From assembly GCA_963823665.1 (NCBI GenBank), contig CAWGMQ010000007.1:128001-192000 (forward strand): 64,000 nt of DNA, written 5' to 3'. The position numbers and the translations under genes are program-made. Positions within the stretch are counted from its first letter, which is position 1, and the number at the start of each line of letters is the position of its first letter. Below are positions 62,569-64,000 of the stretch, one piece after another. Under the pieces are notes generated by a model. That model saw only the letters and a program-made list of their open reading frames with translations, searched no databases and was not told where the DNA came from. Source of the stretch: an uncultured Planctomycetota bacterium (GTDB lineage: Bacteria > Planctomycetota > Planctomycetia > Isosphaerales > Isosphaeraceae).

Positions 62569-63699
62569 ATGGCAGGGAGCCATATTCGCTGCCTGCGAGG
62601 CGTCTCGTTCGCGGCAGTACTCGCCCTGTCCTTATATCTGTTAGTCCCACCTGCTTTGGCGCAAAACCCGTCGCCACCGGTACCACCGACAGGAATACCG
62701 GACCAGAATCTCTTCGATGAATTCGGTTCTGAATTATCCACGCCGGATCCGAACGCCGGCCTGATGACCGTTCCCCAGCCGTTGTACTACCCCGTCCCTG
62801 GCGCAGGACCGACGGCACCCCGGGTCGTACAGGGGATCTTCGGAACGATCACCGAGTCGATCTTCGGCCAGCCCGATCCGGACGACTGGCGTTCCCTGCC
62901 GCTCTCGACGCTCTTCAGCGAGGGTTGGAACGAAGCTTGGGTACCGTCCCCCAACGGTTCCGGCGGCGCACCGCGACAGGGCTGGATCAATGCCGCGGAC
63001 GCCAACCTGTACCGGCTGTGGTTCTTCACGTTCGCCCAGACGTTCAACCAGGGCCCGAAGGGCAACGCCTACCTCGGTGCCTACACCCTCTTGACGCCGC
63101 TGAGCCGTCGCCTGGAACTGATCACGAACATCCCCTTCGTCGTCCGTAACAGCGCTTCCAGCGGGCAACCCATCATCTCCCCGTCCGGGCTGACGATACC
63201 CACGACGAAGGACCAAACGACATTCGGCGATATTTCGTTCACGCCCCGCGTCTTGCTGCACGAGACGAGAGACTTCTCGCTCACGGCCGAGGTCGTGGCG
63301 CTGGTCCCGACCGGTAACCAGCCCCTGGCGGGGAAAACCGACCTGACCCCCGCCGTCGCCTTCTGGAACAATTTCGCGGGCCGGTGGGTGATTCGAGGCA
63401 GGATCGGTGACTACATCCCGCTCGGTGGCGGTGGGTCTGACACTCTGATCAGCGAGCTCGCCATCGGTCAGACCTTGACCGATCACGACGTGCCGCTGTT
63501 CGGCGACTTCACCTGGTACGTCTCAACGGTGGTGAACTCCCCCCTTCGCGATGGTAAACATACCGGCGTGACGCTGACCCCCGGTATGCGTACGCACCTG
63601 GGCCGCGACTGGTATTTCCTGGCCGGTCTGCCGACACCGTTGACCACTCAGCGAGTCGGCGACATCGGTATGATCTTCTGGTTCATGAAAGCGTGGTGA
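62569..63699 (+). CDS. Secreted, probable outer-membrane beta-barrel protein
   Basis: Signal peptide (ALA|Q), FGDISF..PTG, amphipathic strands, terminal aromatic W. Confidence 0.65.
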   Translation: MAGSHIRCLRGVSFAAVLALSLYLLVPPALAQNPSPPVPPTGIPDQNLFDEFGSELSTPDPNAGLMTVPQPLYYPVPGAGPTAPRVVQGIFGTITESIFGQPDPDDWRSLPLSTLFSEGWNEAWVPSPNGSGGAPRQGWINAADANLYRLWFFTFAQTFNQGPKGNAYLGAYTLLTPLSRRLELITNIPFVVRNSASSGQPIISPSGLTIPTTKDQTTFGDISFTPRVLLHETRDFSLTAEVVALVPTGNQPLAGKTDLTPAVAFWNNFAGRWVIRGRIGDYIPLGGGGSDTLISELAIGQTLTDHDVPLFGDFTWYVSTVVNSPLRDGKHTGVTLTPGMRTHLGRDWYFLAGLPTPLTTQRVGDIGMIFWFMKAW

Positions 63700-63764
63700 C
63701 CGGAGCACACGTCCTGGTCACCGCGATGGACTTGCGGAATTGGCCAATGCTGAAGGCAATGCAA

Positions 63765-64000
63765 TGCCCGCTTCGCACGCGACTTCAAATCGTCGCCGGA
63801 GCACCTCAGCCTCGAAGACGTCTGCACCTACCTCGTTCACTTCGCCGAAGATTCGACTTCTTGTTGCCTCCCCGGCTGCCACCCCGGCGGTCGACAGGCT
63901 GCTGCTCCCGGCGGGCTTGGCCGAAGCCCTCGGAGCATTTGACTGACACTTCGCGAATGTGAACCTGCGGGATTCTGCGGAACAAACGAAGGAATTGGAA
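63765..64000 (+). repeat. About 230-bp direct repeat, copy 2 (runs to the window edge)
   Basis: Translates ARFARDFKSSPEHLSLEDVCTYLVHF; shares the aaacgaaggaattggaa tail with copy 1. Confidence 0.7.

Overview
GC-rich bacterial chromosomal segment, most likely from a planctomycete and probably Isosphaeraceae-like. This is inferred from the 'LE.R.LL/LM' N-terminal motifs on giant secreted proteins, ECF-sigma/Ser-Thr-kinase pairs and DUF1573. Layout: (1) 1-13.6 kb is core-like: M28 peptidase end, ECF sigma, sigma70, ferredoxin, Rieske oxygenase, DUF1573, GspE/PilB ATPase, flgM, mlaD/mlaE and a HEAT lipoprotein. (2) 13.6-16.6 kb is a gene-free mosaic of REP-like and other repeats ending in an att-like site. 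(3) 16.6-31.4 kb is an accessory/conflict region: LRR protein, pentapeptide-TIR, a coupled three-gene HEPN operon, a trypsin-like protease behind a duplicated LRR leader, ECF-DUF4019, a truncated group II intron, an RHH-PIN TA pair, ArsR and RRM. (4) 31.5-62.1 kb holds two giant exported proteins (about 2840 aa RHS/YD protein; 3111 aa beta-helix/Gly-rich protein), each next to an ECF sigma plus Ser/Thr kinase pair. (5) 62.2-64 kb holds a putative outer-membrane protein flanked by two decayed integrase fragments. Many genes have frameshifts, probably long-read indel errors. No rRNA, tRNA or CRISPR array was seen. All domain calls come from motif recognition by eye, not from database searches.
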